NCBI GenBank assembly: GCA_963789395.1
Contig: CAWBKP010000005.1
Coordinates: 32,001 to 96,000 of the forward strand
Length of the DNA stretch: 64,000 bases
From: an uncultured delta proteobacterium
Lineage (GTDB): Bacteria > Desulfobacterota > Desulfobacteria > Desulfobacterales > Desulfatirhabdiaceae
Direction: 5' to 3'
Position numbers and translations under genes: made by a program. Numbering within the stretch: position 1 is the first letter of the stretch; every line of letters starts with the position of its first letter. The notes beneath the pieces are model-generated. The model worked only from the letters and a program-made list of their open reading frames with translations. It searched no databases and was not told the origin of the DNA. Of the stretch, positions 21,907 to 31,812 are shown one piece after another.

Positions 21907-22860
21907 CTATTTGACCTGAATGCCTTCAAGTTTCCACATAGCGGAATCAATCGGCCGTGCAAATGTCCAGAATTCCTCGAATTTAACAGGTTCCGTGCTG
22001 TCGCCCTTCACCACCTTGCCGCTGGATTCCTCAACCGTATAATCCAGGAGATTGGCTGTAAACAGCACCTTGATATACACTTCCTGGCCTTCCGAACCCG
22101 CATCGACAATTTCAATATTTCGAACCGCAATGTTTTCAAGCCGGTTGATCAGCCCTTTTTGTTTGAGATCCGCAAACTGAACGTCATATTCGGATTTCAA
22201 TTGCTGGCCGATAAGTCCCTGAACCGATGCGGTGTCCCGTCGCATCCAGGCAGCCTGAACCTTGAAAAATACATCCTGGGCGATTTCCTTGAATTTCTCG
22301 AGATCAAAATCCGGCTCCGACTGTTTAACAAGATCAAAACCACTTGCAGCAGGCATGGGATACGCGGGCGGCTGCAAATTCGGCCCCTGAAAGCCGGCCG
22401 GCTGTGAATTGCCGGAGGAAAGCGGATTAAAAAGCGATGATAGGGAATTCCGCGACCCCATATTGGGTTTGATGAATCGCTTGTATATAAAAAACCCTAT
22501 CCCTCCGATAATCAATAAATCGAATAAGCCGATGCCACCACCGCCGCCATTCCCGCCGGCATACCCGGATCTGCCAAAGAGCATATTGCCGATCATTCCG
22601 CCCACAAGACCGCCGCCAACTCCACGCATAAAACTGCTGCCGCCACCGCCAAATGACCCGCTACCCGGCGAAGGGCTGGAAGGGCTGCCGAAGGATCTGG
22701 ACGGGCTGCTTCCGAATCCACCGCTTCTTGAGCCGCCAAAGGATCTGCCGCCGCTGCTGGATCTGGCATCCGCCAGATCGGAAAGGCCCATGACAATCAG
22801 CGCGGCAAATAGTAACCCCAGCAAGGTTATCCGCTTCATGGATGAAATCTGAGTGAACAT
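21907..22860 (-). CDS. Tim44-like domain membrane protein with Gly/Ser-rich N-terminus
   Basis: ARSSSGGRSFGG, FFKVQAAW, EEFWTFAR...WKLEGIQ. Confidence 0.88.
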   Translation of the reverse strand: MFTQISSMKRITLLGLLFAALIVMGLSDLADARSSSGGRSFGGSRSGGFGSSPSRSFGSPSSPSPGSGSFGGGGSSFMRGVGGGLVGGMIGNMLFGRSGYAGGNGGGGGIGLFDLLIIGGIGFFIYKRFIKPNMGSRNSLSSLFNPLSSGNSQPAGFQGPNLQPPAYPMPAASGFDLVKQSEPDFDLEKFKEIAQDVFFKVQAAWMRRDTASVQGLIGQQLKSEYDVQFADLKQKGLINRLENIAVRNIEIVDAGSEGQEVYIKVLFTANLLDYTVEESSGKVVKGDSTEPVKFEEFWTFARPIDSAMWKLEGIQVK

Positions 22861-22979
22861 AACACGCCTCCAATACGGAAAAGTAAAAAGCATTCTGTTT
22901 TTGATTAGAATTGGTTTAATCCAGGATGGTTCTCCGGGTAAATTACACCTGGCCGCGATTACTGTTGTTCAGCCGCTTT

Positions 22980-23774
22980 CTATGGATCAATCTCAACAAT
23001 TGTCCGGCAAACGATGCCACCGTCCGGCAGCGGGAAATCCCTTCGAACCGGATGCAGCTTTTTTTTTGCAAACAGCTGAACACATTCAGGATAGAGAATC
23101 CATTCCTGCTCCAGCCCTTTTTTCTTGATGCTGTCCAGTGTATCGTCGGGATGAATCGGAAATGCCCGCTGTCCGATAATCGGTCCCGAATCCTCCCCGT
23201 AATCCACAAAATGTACGGTGCAGCCCCCCACCTTGCAGCCATGGCGAAACGTGTCCCCGTAACCGTCGGTTCCGGGAAATGCAGGAAGAATAGCCGGGTG
23301 GATGTTCATAATCCGCAGCCTCTCGGGGGGGACGTTGACCCGGTCGATAAAATAAGGGGTCAAATTTCGCATGAACCCGGCAAGAACGAGAAGGTCAAAT
23401 TCATATCGGGCCATTTCCATTAAGAGTTCGGATTCGGCTATGGCACGGGATTTCAGAAAATCCGTGACACGATGACACGGAGCATCTTTCGGAAAAATAT
23501 GTTGTTTGCCCTGACATTCCGACAAAATAAAATCGGCGGGCAACCGTGATTTTCCGGTATTGCCGCGAAAGTTCCGGATTATGGCGCCATAGTCCACGAC
23601 GAAATCGGGAATACCATGATGTCGCGCCCTGACAAGGCCGGATGCAGCGTGGTTGTCGGATCCCACAAAAACCATCCTGCCGTTAATATTTCCGGATTCA
23701 CAGGCATCGATAATGGCCTGAAGGTTGGTACCCCCTCCGGAAATCAACGCCCCGATACGGATTGCTGTATCCAT
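22980..23774 (-). CDS. purN: phosphoribosylglycinamide formyltransferase
   Basis: ISGGGTNLQA, LAGFMR, NIHPAILPAFPG, GCTVHFVD...DSGPII. Confidence 0.92.
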   Translation of the reverse strand: MDTAIRIGALISGGGTNLQAIIDACESGNINGRMVFVGSDNHAASGLVRARHHGIPDFVVDYGAIIRNFRGNTGKSRLPADFILSECQGKQHIFPKDAPCHRVTDFLKSRAIAESELLMEMARYEFDLLVLAGFMRNLTPYFIDRVNVPPERLRIMNIHPAILPAFPGTDGYGDTFRHGCKVGGCTVHFVDYGEDSGPIIGQRAFPIHPDDTLDSIKKKGLEQEWILYPECVQLFAKKKLHPVRRDFPLPDGGIVCRTIVEIDP

Positions 23775-23878
23775 CCATTTCTCCTATACAATTTCACCCT
23801 CGTGAGTGCGCCGGAAAATTGATGGGGTTGCGCCCCTTGCCTTAAAATCTTCAACTTCCGGGTCCTGCCTCCTGTACA

Positions 23879-23907
23879 TTGACATTATACAATTATGATA
23901 CTATAAT
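23879..23907 (+). promoter_or_regulatory. consensus sigma70 promoter of trxA
   Basis: exact TTGACA-17bp-TATAAT. Confidence 0.85.
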
Positions 23908-23947
23908 CACTTTTATTAATAAATCAATTTATGAAAGGAACCATGTT

Positions 23948-24277
23948 ATGGCAGAAAATGTACTTGAAATTGATGACGGCCGTTTTGAAGCAGAAGTATT
24001 GCAGGAGCAGACACCGGTGTTGGTGGATTTTTGGGCACCCTGGTGCGGACCCTGCCGGGCCATCGGCCCTGTTGTGGAAGAGCTTTCCGTAAAATTCGGC
24101 GACAAAATCAAGTTTAAAAAATGCAATGTGGATGACAACCCCCTTACCCCATCCAAATATGGTATCAAATCCATTCCCACCCTGATTTTCTTTAAAGGCG
24201 GAAAGGTATTCAACCAGGTGGTCGGCGTCGTTGCAAAATCCAAACTTGAAGAAATGATCAACAATGTGCTGGCTTAA
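23948..24277 (+). CDS. trxA: thioredoxin
   Basis: DFWAPWCGPC, IPTL. Confidence 0.96.
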   Translation: MAENVLEIDDGRFEAEVLQEQTPVLVDFWAPWCGPCRAIGPVVEELSVKFGDKIKFKKCNVDDNPLTPSKYGIKSIPTLIFFKGGKVFNQVVGVVAKSKLEEMINNVLA

Positions 24278-24406
24278 CAGAAACGACTTTGTCGATCTGT
24301 TTATATTCCCTCATCACGCTGTGAGCTCAATTAAAACAAACCTGATCGTTATCTGTCCCACCCGGGGATGATGATGGATCACAGCTTATCAACTGGTCAT
24401 TCATCT

Positions 24407-25096
24407 ATGAAATACAAATTGATCTTGCCGGTTGTGGCAATGTTGGTGTTTTCCGGCTGTTCCTTGTTTTTTGACAAAAAAACAGATGATAAGACCGCCC
24501 AGGAACTCGTCAACGATGGCATGGAGGCATACAACAGTCAACGTTACCGCTCTTCCCTGGAATCATTCGAAAAGCTGAAAGACTGGTATCCGTTCAGCAA
24601 GTACGCCATACTGGCAGAACTGAAGATTGCGGATGCGCATTTTTATCTGGAAGAGTACGAAGCTGCCAGTGTCGCATATGAGTCTTTCGAAAACCTGCAT
24701 CCCCGCAATGAAGCCACGCCTTATGTAGTTTTTCAAAGGGGTCTGTGCTACATTAAACAGATGGAAACTGTCGACAGGGATCAGACTTCGGCTAAAAAGG
24801 CCATTGAAATCTTCAACCGTCTCAAGAAGGCGTATCCGACTTCTGAATACGCCGCTCAGGCTGATGCCTATATCCAGCAATCCCTGAAAAACATGGCCGG
24901 CCACGAATTCTATGTGGGTGAATTTTATTTCAAGAACAAGCGCTATCAAGCAGCCATTGTGCGGTTCAGAAATGTTGTTTCCAATTTTCCCGATGTGGGC
25001 CTCACCGAAAAAGCGCTGGGGAATATTGCCCGATGCGACGTTGAGCTGGCAAAACAAGCTGCAACAGAAAAAAAAGCGTGGTGGTCCTTGTGGTGA
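24407..25096 (+). CDS. bamD: outer membrane protein assembly lipoprotein BamD
   Basis: lipobox FSGC, TPR pattern YPFSKYA, DRDQT, HEFYVGEFY. Confidence 0.9.
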   Translation: MKYKLILPVVAMLVFSGCSLFFDKKTDDKTAQELVNDGMEAYNSQRYRSSLESFEKLKDWYPFSKYAILAELKIADAHFYLEEYEAASVAYESFENLHPRNEATPYVVFQRGLCYIKQMETVDRDQTSAKKAIEIFNRLKKAYPTSEYAAQADAYIQQSLKNMAGHEFYVGEFYFKNKRYQAAIVRFRNVVSNFPDVGLTEKALGNIARCDVELAKQAATEKKAWWSLW

Positions 25097-25299
25097 CGGC
25101 GCCCGCCGTCTAAAAGCTACAACATTGAGGCGGTTGCTTATTCCGGCCCGAGGGATAAATTGCTTTACACCTGAGTGAATTTGCGCTAAATAGATTGATT
25201 CGGTTTGAGGATCAACATTACCAAAGAAGCATGTGAAAACCGGGGATTTGAAAACTTGCTTCAAATTTTGTGATTTATAAGAAATACGGAGATACGATT

Positions 25300-25491
25300 A
25301 TGTCCATGATTTGTGAAATTTGCGGAAAAAAACCCCTGATCGGCTGCAATGTCAGCCATGCACACAACGTCAGCAAGCGCCGATTCAACCCGAACCTGCA
25401 ACGGGTTCGATCATTGAATAACGGCAGAGTTCAAAAGATCATGGTATGCACCAACTGCATCAAGTCCGGGCGTATTGTAAAAGCCCCTTAA
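25300..25491 (+). CDS. rpmB: 50S ribosomal protein L28 (zinc-binding form)
   Basis: [25 protein letters not shown]. Confidence 0.95.
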   Translation: MSMICEICGKKPLIGCNVSHAHNVSKRRFNPNLQRVRSLNNGRVQKIMVCTNCIKSGRIVKAP

Positions 25492-27638
25492 TGATCAATG
25501 CGCTGAACGTCCTGGATAGCCTTTACCTTCCGAATTTCAGATATCAACCGGTTCAGATGCTCGGTATTGCGAATCGCCAGTGTAAACAGGCTATCCACCA
25601 GTTCAGTCTCGCCGATTTTTGAATTTGCGCTGAGAATATTTGCTCCGTTCTTACTGATGGTCATTGCCAGATCCGCCAGCAACCCTACCCGATCAAAAGA
25701 TTTAACATGTATTTTAACCGGATACGTCTCCGTGATCGTTTCATCCCACTCCACATCGATCTGCCTCTCCGGATCCATCGTCAGCGCATTGATACAGCTT
25801 GCCCGGTGAATCGTCACCCCGTAGCCGCGGGTAATATATCCGGTAATCGCATCTCCCGGCACAGGTTCACAACACTTTCCGAACTTTACCAGGATGTCGT
25901 CCATCCCCTTTACAATCACACCCCCGGTTTTTGATTTTTTCTTTCGAACCTTTCCGATAATCTTATCCAGAAAAGATTCCTGAAGCTCTTCCGGATCGGC
26001 TTTTACGGAAAATCTACGGATGATCTGCAAGGGGGTTATCTTGCCATATCCCACGCTGGCAAACAGATCATCGACAGCCTTGAACCCAAAATGGGCAACC
26101 GCTTCATCCATTTCCGATGATTTGATCAACTCACCAAAATTAAGTCGATTTTTCCGAAATGCCTTGTCGCACATTTCACGGCCAAGACTGATACTGCGAT
26201 CTTTTTCCTGCGCTCGCACCCATTGCTGTATTTTGGAGCGCGCCTTGACTGTTTTGACAAAGCCGAGCCAATCCTTGCTGGGATAATGGTTTTTTGTCGT
26301 GATGATTTCGACACTGTCGCCGGTTGCAAGCTGATACTGGAGCGGAACGATCCGGCTGTTCACTTTTGCGCCCGTGCACTGGTTGCCCACCTCCGTATGA
26401 ATCATATAGGCAAAATCAACCGGAGTCGCTCCTTTGGGAAGGGCTCTGACTTCCCCCCGAGGTGTAAATACATAGACGTCGTCCGGAAACAGGTCCAGAC
26501 GGACATTTTCCATGAACTCATTGGGATTGCGGATATTTTGCTGATTCTCGATGAGGTTTTGAATCCAGGCGAACTGCCGGGTAACCGCCTCATCGGCTTT
26601 CCGGCCTTCTTTGTAGCTCCAGTGTGCGGCGATGCCGACCTTGGCAACCTTGTCCATCTCCCAGGTCCGGATCTGAATTTCGATGCGTTTGCCTTCCGGG
26701 CCAATGACCGTGGTATGAAGGGACTGATACATATTGGCCTTGGGCCTGCCGATATAGTCCTTGATCTTGGAGTCGATCGGCTTCCACAAACTGTGAATCA
26801 GTCCAAGCGCCGCATAGCATTGGGTAACGTTGTCGAGAATGATTCTGAACGCGATGATATCGTAGATTTCTTCAAAAGGCAGGGACTGTTTGATCATTTT
26901 CTGGCGGATGCTGAACAGATTTTTATATCTTCCCATCACCTGGCATTTCAGGCTGTTTTCAGCCATGATCTCGCGGATCAGTACCTTGACTTTTTCGATA
27001 TAGGTTTCCCGCTCGATCATATCCTTGCTGAGCAGATACTTGATGTTTTCATAATCATCGGGCTGAATATACCGGAACGACATGTCCTCCAGTTCGTTTT
27101 TTATCCAGTATATACCCAGTCTGGATGCGATCGGCGCATAAATGTCGAGGGTTTCCTGGGCAATTTCCTGTTTGCGTTTCTCGCTTTTATGAAATTGAAG
27201 GGTCCGCATGTTGTGAATCCGGTCGGCCAGCTTAATGAGGATGACCCGGATATCATCGGCCATGGCCAGCAACATTTTTCGAATGCTTTCCGCCTGCCTT
27301 GCCTGAGAACTGTCAAAAGTCACCGAACTCAGTTTCGTAACACCGGATACGATATGGAGCACCTCGGAGCCGAAAATTTCCCCGATTTCTTCAGGCGTGG
27401 CATGGGTATCCTCAATGACATCGTGAAGCAGGCCGGCCGCAATACTGACAGGATCCAGATTCATGTCGGCCAGAATTCCCGCCACCTCCAGCGGATGAGA
27501 CAGATAGGGCTCTCCGCTCAGACGCACCTGGCCATCATGCACCCTTGCTGAATATACATATGCCCGTTCAACCAGACCGGTGTCTGCTTCAGGGTCATTA
27601 TCGGTAATTTTGTCCAGAATATCGTTGATCCGAATCAT
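25488..27638 (-). CDS. rel: bifunctional (p)ppGpp synthetase/hydrolase (RelA/SpoT homologue)
   Basis: HDVIED hydrolase motif, YQSLHT, EIQIRT, TGS (DFAY..HTEVG), ACT domain. Confidence 0.95.
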   Translation of the reverse strand: MIRINDILDKITDNDPEADTGLVERAYVYSARVHDGQVRLSGEPYLSHPLEVAGILADMNLDPVSIAAGLLHDVIEDTHATPEEIGEIFGSEVLHIVSGVTKLSSVTFDSSQARQAESIRKMLLAMADDIRVILIKLADRIHNMRTLQFHKSEKRKQEIAQETLDIYAPIASRLGIYWIKNELEDMSFRYIQPDDYENIKYLLSKDMIERETYIEKVKVLIREIMAENSLKCQVMGRYKNLFSIRQKMIKQSLPFEEIYDIIAFRIILDNVTQCYAALGLIHSLWKPIDSKIKDYIGRPKANMYQSLHTTVIGPEGKRIEIQIRTWEMDKVAKVGIAAHWSYKEGRKADEAVTRQFAWIQNLIENQQNIRNPNEFMENVRLDLFPDDVYVFTPRGEVRALPKGATPVDFAYMIHTEVGNQCTGAKVNSRIVPLQYQLATGDSVEIITTKNHYPSKDWLGFVKTVKARSKIQQWVRAQEKDRSISLGREMCDKAFRKNRLNFGELIKSSEMDEAVAHFGFKAVDDLFASVGYGKITPLQIIRRFSVKADPEELQESFLDKIIGKVRKKKSKTGGVIVKGMDDILVKFGKCCEPVPGDAITGYITRGYGVTIHRASCINALTMDPERQIDVEWDETITETYPVKIHVKSFDRVGLLADLAMTISKNGANILSANSKIGETELVDSLFTLAIRNTEHLNRLISEIRKVKAIQDVQRIDH

Positions 27639-27670
27639 GTTCGTACTCGTATAGATAACCGCAAACAAAC

Positions 27671-29191
27671 CTAATAGGCTTTGGCAAAGACCACCCGTTG
27701 CCCGCTTGGCGCGCTGCAACAGACACACTGACCGGTTTCGGGCTTGCTGTCAAAGGGGATGCACCGAATGGTCACGCTGAGATCTTCCTTGATGGTCGCC
27801 TCACAAGCCGGAGAACCACACCAGTGGGACATGGCGAAGCCACCATGGATTTCCGGTTTCTCCAGATTTTTTGCTGTAAAATACTCATAAAAATCCACTT
27901 TGTCGTCAATTTTTCGGGTATGCTCATCCCTAAAACTGAGGGCACGCTCATAAAGCACGAGTTGAATTTCATCCAGGATCTGGGGAATTTCCGCAAGAAA
28001 CTGTGCACGGGTCATGGACACCTTCTCTTTATGACTTTTGTCGCGACGTGCAAAGACTACAGAATTTTCCGCCATGTCCCGGGGGCCGATTTCAACCCGG
28101 ATGGGAATCCCTTTCCGGATCCAGTCCCAGCCTCTGGCCCCGCCGATGTCCCTGTCGTCGATTTCCACTTGAATTCTGCGGTGGTGATAGTCCAGATCTC
28201 GCAATTTGGAAGCAAGCCGCTGGGTATAGGACATGATCTCGGCGCGCTCATCAGCATTTCGAATGATCGGCAGCAGGACCACGTGGGCGGAGGCGATCAT
28301 TGGCGGCAGGATGACACCGTCGTCATCCCCATGCGTCATGATGACCCCACCGATCATCCGGGTTGACGCCCCCCAGGACGTTGTCCATCCATATTCCTCG
28401 GTTTCTTCCCGCGTCTGGTATTTGATCTGGGAAGCTTTTGCAAAATTCTGCCCCAGAAAATGGGATGTTCCGGCCTGAAGGGCTTTTCGATCCTGCATCA
28501 TGGCTTCGATGCAAAGGGTTTCGACGGCTCCGGGGAAGGTCTCGGCAAGGCTCTTTTTGCCGCGAATCACAGGTATGGCCAGATACTCTTCCACAAATTT
28601 TGCATACACATCCAGCATCATCAGGGTCCGTTCATAGGCTTCTTCGGAAGTGGCATGCACCGTATGGCCTTCCTGCCACAGAAACTCGCTGGTGCGCAGA
28701 AAAATGCGGGTCCGCATTTCCCAGCGCACCACGTTCCCCCACTGGTTCAACAGCATGGGCAGATCACGGTAACTGCTGATCCACTTGGAAAAGGCATCGC
28801 CGATGATGGTTTCGGAGGTTGGCCGAACCACCAGCGGTTCGGTGAGTTTGCCGGCCGGAACAAGCTCGCCATTCGGCCCTTTTTCCAGGCGGTGATGGGT
28901 CACAACAGCGCATTCCTTGGCAAACCCCTCGACATGCTCGGCTTCTTTCTGGAGAAAACTAAGGGGAATGAACAAGGGGAAATAGGCGTTCTTAACCCCG
29001 GTTTCCTTGAACATGTCGTCCAGTATCCGCACCATGTTTTCCCACAGGGCATACCCCCAGGGCTTAATCACCATACAACCCCTTACCGGGGAGTTTTCAG
29101 CCATTTCAGAGGCCTTGACCACCTGCTGGTACCACTCCGGATAATCTTCCAGCCGTGTCGGCGTGATTGCCGTCTTTTCTTTTTTTGCCAT
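27671..29191 (-). CDS. proS: prolyl-tRNA synthetase, archaeal/eukaryote-like type
   Basis: VRPTSET, QWGNVVRWE, EFLWQEGHT, LQAGTSH, C-terminal Cys domain and FAKAY. Confidence 0.95.
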   Translation of the reverse strand: MAKKEKTAITPTRLEDYPEWYQQVVKASEMAENSPVRGCMVIKPWGYALWENMVRILDDMFKETGVKNAYFPLFIPLSFLQKEAEHVEGFAKECAVVTHHRLEKGPNGELVPAGKLTEPLVVRPTSETIIGDAFSKWISSYRDLPMLLNQWGNVVRWEMRTRIFLRTSEFLWQEGHTVHATSEEAYERTLMMLDVYAKFVEEYLAIPVIRGKKSLAETFPGAVETLCIEAMMQDRKALQAGTSHFLGQNFAKASQIKYQTREETEEYGWTTSWGASTRMIGGVIMTHGDDDGVILPPMIASAHVVLLPIIRNADERAEIMSYTQRLASKLRDLDYHHRRIQVEIDDRDIGGARGWDWIRKGIPIRVEIGPRDMAENSVVFARRDKSHKEKVSMTRAQFLAEIPQILDEIQLVLYERALSFRDEHTRKIDDKVDFYEYFTAKNLEKPEIHGGFAMSHWCGSPACEATIKEDLSVTIRCIPFDSKPETGQCVCCSAPSGQRVVFAKAY

Positions 29192-29206
29192 AATCATCCT
29201 TTCAGT

Positions 29207-30334
29207 TCATTTGCTTGAAAGCGGGCAAGGACTCGCACCTTCATGCCGGGTTGGCGCTTCAGGATCATCCGCCGCCATTCCGGCGACCTGGCTTAGCAGT
29301 GCCGCCACCAGATTTTCCTGGGGCAACTGTTCGATCACCTTGCCCTGCTTGAACAAAATGCCGGCTCCATCGCCGCCGGCGATTCCGATATCCGCTTCGC
29401 GTGCTTCTCCGGGGCCATTGACCACACAGCCCATAATCGCAATTTTAATGTCCAGCCTGCTGGTTGACAATGCTTTTTCGACCTGTTCCACCGTGTCAAA
29501 AAGATTGTACCTGCACCTGCCGCAGGTCGGGCAGGAGATGATCTCCGGGCCCCTTCTGCGGATGTTGAGTGCCTTCAGGATTTCAAAGCCGGTGCGAATC
29601 TCTTCCACCGGATCACGGGTGAGCGACACCCGAAGCGTGTCGCCGATCCCTTCATAGAGAAGCATCCCGATGCCGAGTGTGGATTTAACGATTCCCGAAT
29701 ACAGCGAGCCGGCTTCGGTCACCCCGACATGCAGGGGCAGATCGGTTTTTGCCGAAAGAAGCCGGTAAGCTTCCAGGGTCCGGTGAACATCGGATGCCTT
29801 GATGGATACTTTCAGCTCGTGAAAATCCATGGAACGCAATATGTCGATATGCCGAAGCGCGCTTTCAACCATTGCTTGCGCATTGACGCCGTGATATTTT
29901 TTTACTATATCTTTTTCCAATGATCCGGAATTTACGCCGATTCGGATGGGAATCCGGCAGGATTTTGCGCAGCTGACGACAGCCTGAATTTTTTTAAGGC
30001 CGCCGATATTGCCGGGATTGATGCGAAGCGCGTCCGCCCCTGCCTTTGCAGCTGCAATGGCTAGACGATAATCAAAATGAATATCGCCTATCAGCGGAAT
30101 GGCGATCTGTTTTTTGATGGCGGAAATCGCCCCGGCCGCTTCCCTGTCCGGAACAGCCACCCGAACGATTTCGCAGCCTGCTGCTTCCAGCCGATGAATC
30201 TGAGCAACCGTGGCCGCAATGTCCTGGGTAAACGTATTGGTCATGGATTGAACCGCTATTGGCGCCATGCCGCCAATTACAACAGACCCCACTCGAATCT
30301 GCCGGGTGGGTTTACGCTGGATGGGGAGTGTCAT
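29207..30334 (-). CDS. ispG: 4-hydroxy-3-methylbut-2-en-1-yl diphosphate synthase
   Basis: VQSMTNT, RINPGN, RIGVNSGS, SCPTCGR, MGCVVNGPGE. Confidence 0.96.
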   Translation of the reverse strand: MTLPIQRKPTRQIRVGSVVIGGMAPIAVQSMTNTFTQDIAATVAQIHRLEAAGCEIVRVAVPDREAAGAISAIKKQIAIPLIGDIHFDYRLAIAAAKAGADALRINPGNIGGLKKIQAVVSCAKSCRIPIRIGVNSGSLEKDIVKKYHGVNAQAMVESALRHIDILRSMDFHELKVSIKASDVHRTLEAYRLLSAKTDLPLHVGVTEAGSLYSGIVKSTLGIGMLLYEGIGDTLRVSLTRDPVEEIRTGFEILKALNIRRRGPEIISCPTCGRCRYNLFDTVEQVEKALSTSRLDIKIAIMGCVVNGPGEAREADIGIAGGDGAGILFKQGKVIEQLPQENLVAALLSQVAGMAADDPEAPTRHEGASPCPLSSK

Positions 30335-30462
30335 AAATCCATCATGTTAGAGGAATGAACAAAAACCGGACAGCATGCAACCAAACGGCATGCATCATTT
30401 TTCTTACTTCAATTTTTGCTGAAAAACAAATACAAATCGCAACCTGCAAGGAGAATCTATTC

Positions 30463-30876
30463 ATGAAGCCAAATAACGACCCGGATACCGTCGAAGATAC
30501 AACGCGCATTCAGCAGGCCATATCCCAACAGGCAGCCAACCGGAAGCTTGGCTGCGCTGCGGCCTTTGACATTGCCGCCCAACTGAACGTTTCCCCCCAA
30601 ACCATGGGCCACACACTGGATCAAATGGATTATCGCATCACCCATTGTCAGCTTGGGCTTTTTGGACATAGCCCTGAAAAAAAAATCGTGACTCCCGAAA
30701 AGAATATCGATCCCGATCTGAAAGCAGCCATTGAAAGCGCAGCAAAAGACGGCTGTCTCTCCTGCATGGAAGCATGGGGCATTGCCGGTACTCTTCAAAT
30801 TCCGAAAATCGCCGTCAGCAATGCCTGTGAAGGTCTGGGGATGAAAATCAAACCTTGCCAGCTGGGGGCGTTTTAA
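30463..30876 (+). CDS. hypothetical protein with two tandem C...CQLGxF domains
   Basis: LGCAAAFDIA...HCQLGLF and LSCMEAWGIA...PCQLGAF; AGGAG RBS. Confidence 0.8.
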   Translation: MKPNNDPDTVEDTTRIQQAISQQAANRKLGCAAAFDIAAQLNVSPQTMGHTLDQMDYRITHCQLGLFGHSPEKKIVTPEKNIDPDLKAAIESAAKDGCLSCMEAWGIAGTLQIPKIAVSNACEGLGMKIKPCQLGAF

Positions 30877-30945
30877 CACGGTGATGTTACAAGACGAAGT
30901 GCCGGATCAAATCCGCATGACAGGAGAAAGCAAACTTTCCGGAGT

Positions 30946-31300
30946 TTAATATTTAATCAGCATTCTTGATTTCAGCAAGGGCAATGGATCAATCATGTGG
31001 CGGGCGAACCAGCCGGTTTTCGGTTGGATTTGAAACGGCAGGGACAGGATTTCCGAAAAATGGAAAATCGGGATCTTCTGTTTCAGGGTGCACCGGATTT
31101 CAAGATTCAATTGGCACATGGCGCATGACGTAACCATGCACTCGGCGCAGCAATCCATGGCATTCTGAACGATCTGATTGACCATGGGTTCCACCACATC
31201 GGGTCTGGCCACGAACAAGGACGTGCCGCAGCACCTGGATGCATAATTCCAAGCCATGGGACTGGCTCCATAGGCTGCAAAAAGTATTCCCATCAGCTCA
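30946..31300 (-). pseudogene. hdrB: heterodisulfide reductase subunit B-like C-terminal (CCG domain) fragment
   Basis: RCCGTSL...MVTSCAMCQLNLE...IPIFHFSEIL; N-terminal CCG domain absent. Confidence 0.75.
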
Positions 31301-31451
31301 TGGCATGGGACACGGGACAGCCGCTTCCACAGCTCTGGCAATGAACACATCGCCGGAAATTATCGACGGATCAACGGGCGACGGTTTCGCAGAAACCGAT
31401 GTTTCGGCAACAAGTATGATTCTCGGATGTTTTTGCTAAGTTCGTTTCCAT
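31293..31451 (-). pseudogene. hdrC: heterodisulfide reductase subunit C-like N-terminal fragment with in-frame stop
   Basis: manual translation METNLAKT...FCETVAR*SVDNFRRCVHCQSCGSGCPVSHAMS* contains CxxCxxCxxxCP. Confidence 0.7.
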
Positions 31452-31488
31452 GGATATAAAACTTATCACAAAACACATCGGTCACACA

Positions 31489-31502
31489 TTGACTTATGTC
31501 AA
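31489..31502. promoter_or_regulatory. Crp/Fnr-like palindrome
   Basis: TTGAC-TTAT-GTCAA with perfect inverted arms. Confidence 0.45.
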
Positions 31503-31812
31503 AACGACAACAATATCGGGTAATATGGAAAATGCTTGAAGTTTCATGCCTGGCATTGTATTCTTTTTTCTCATATGCCAAGTGTCAACACTAACCCCTC
31601 GAATCATACGTCACCGGTAAAGTTGGAAGACGATTAACCATCACAGCACGCACGTCGTTATAACACCCCTGTCGGCAGAAGATGCCTTTAATGATGCGAA
31701 TCGTAGGAAACCACTTACAACATTGTTCAAGATCATTCCCTTTCCCTGAAAATACTGAACTCCGGAAGTTTTCCGGTATTGCCGGCAGCGATCACGTTAT
31801 CATTTTGAGGAG

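Noticed and set aside
23790..23870. ZTP (pfl) riboswitch upstream of purN
   Set aside because: The conserved GACTGGCG and CGCCTGGG elements are absent.
31371..31373. In-frame TGA in the hdrC fragment as selenocysteine
   Set aside because: It falls at a non-Cys position, and the gene is truncated shortly afterwards.
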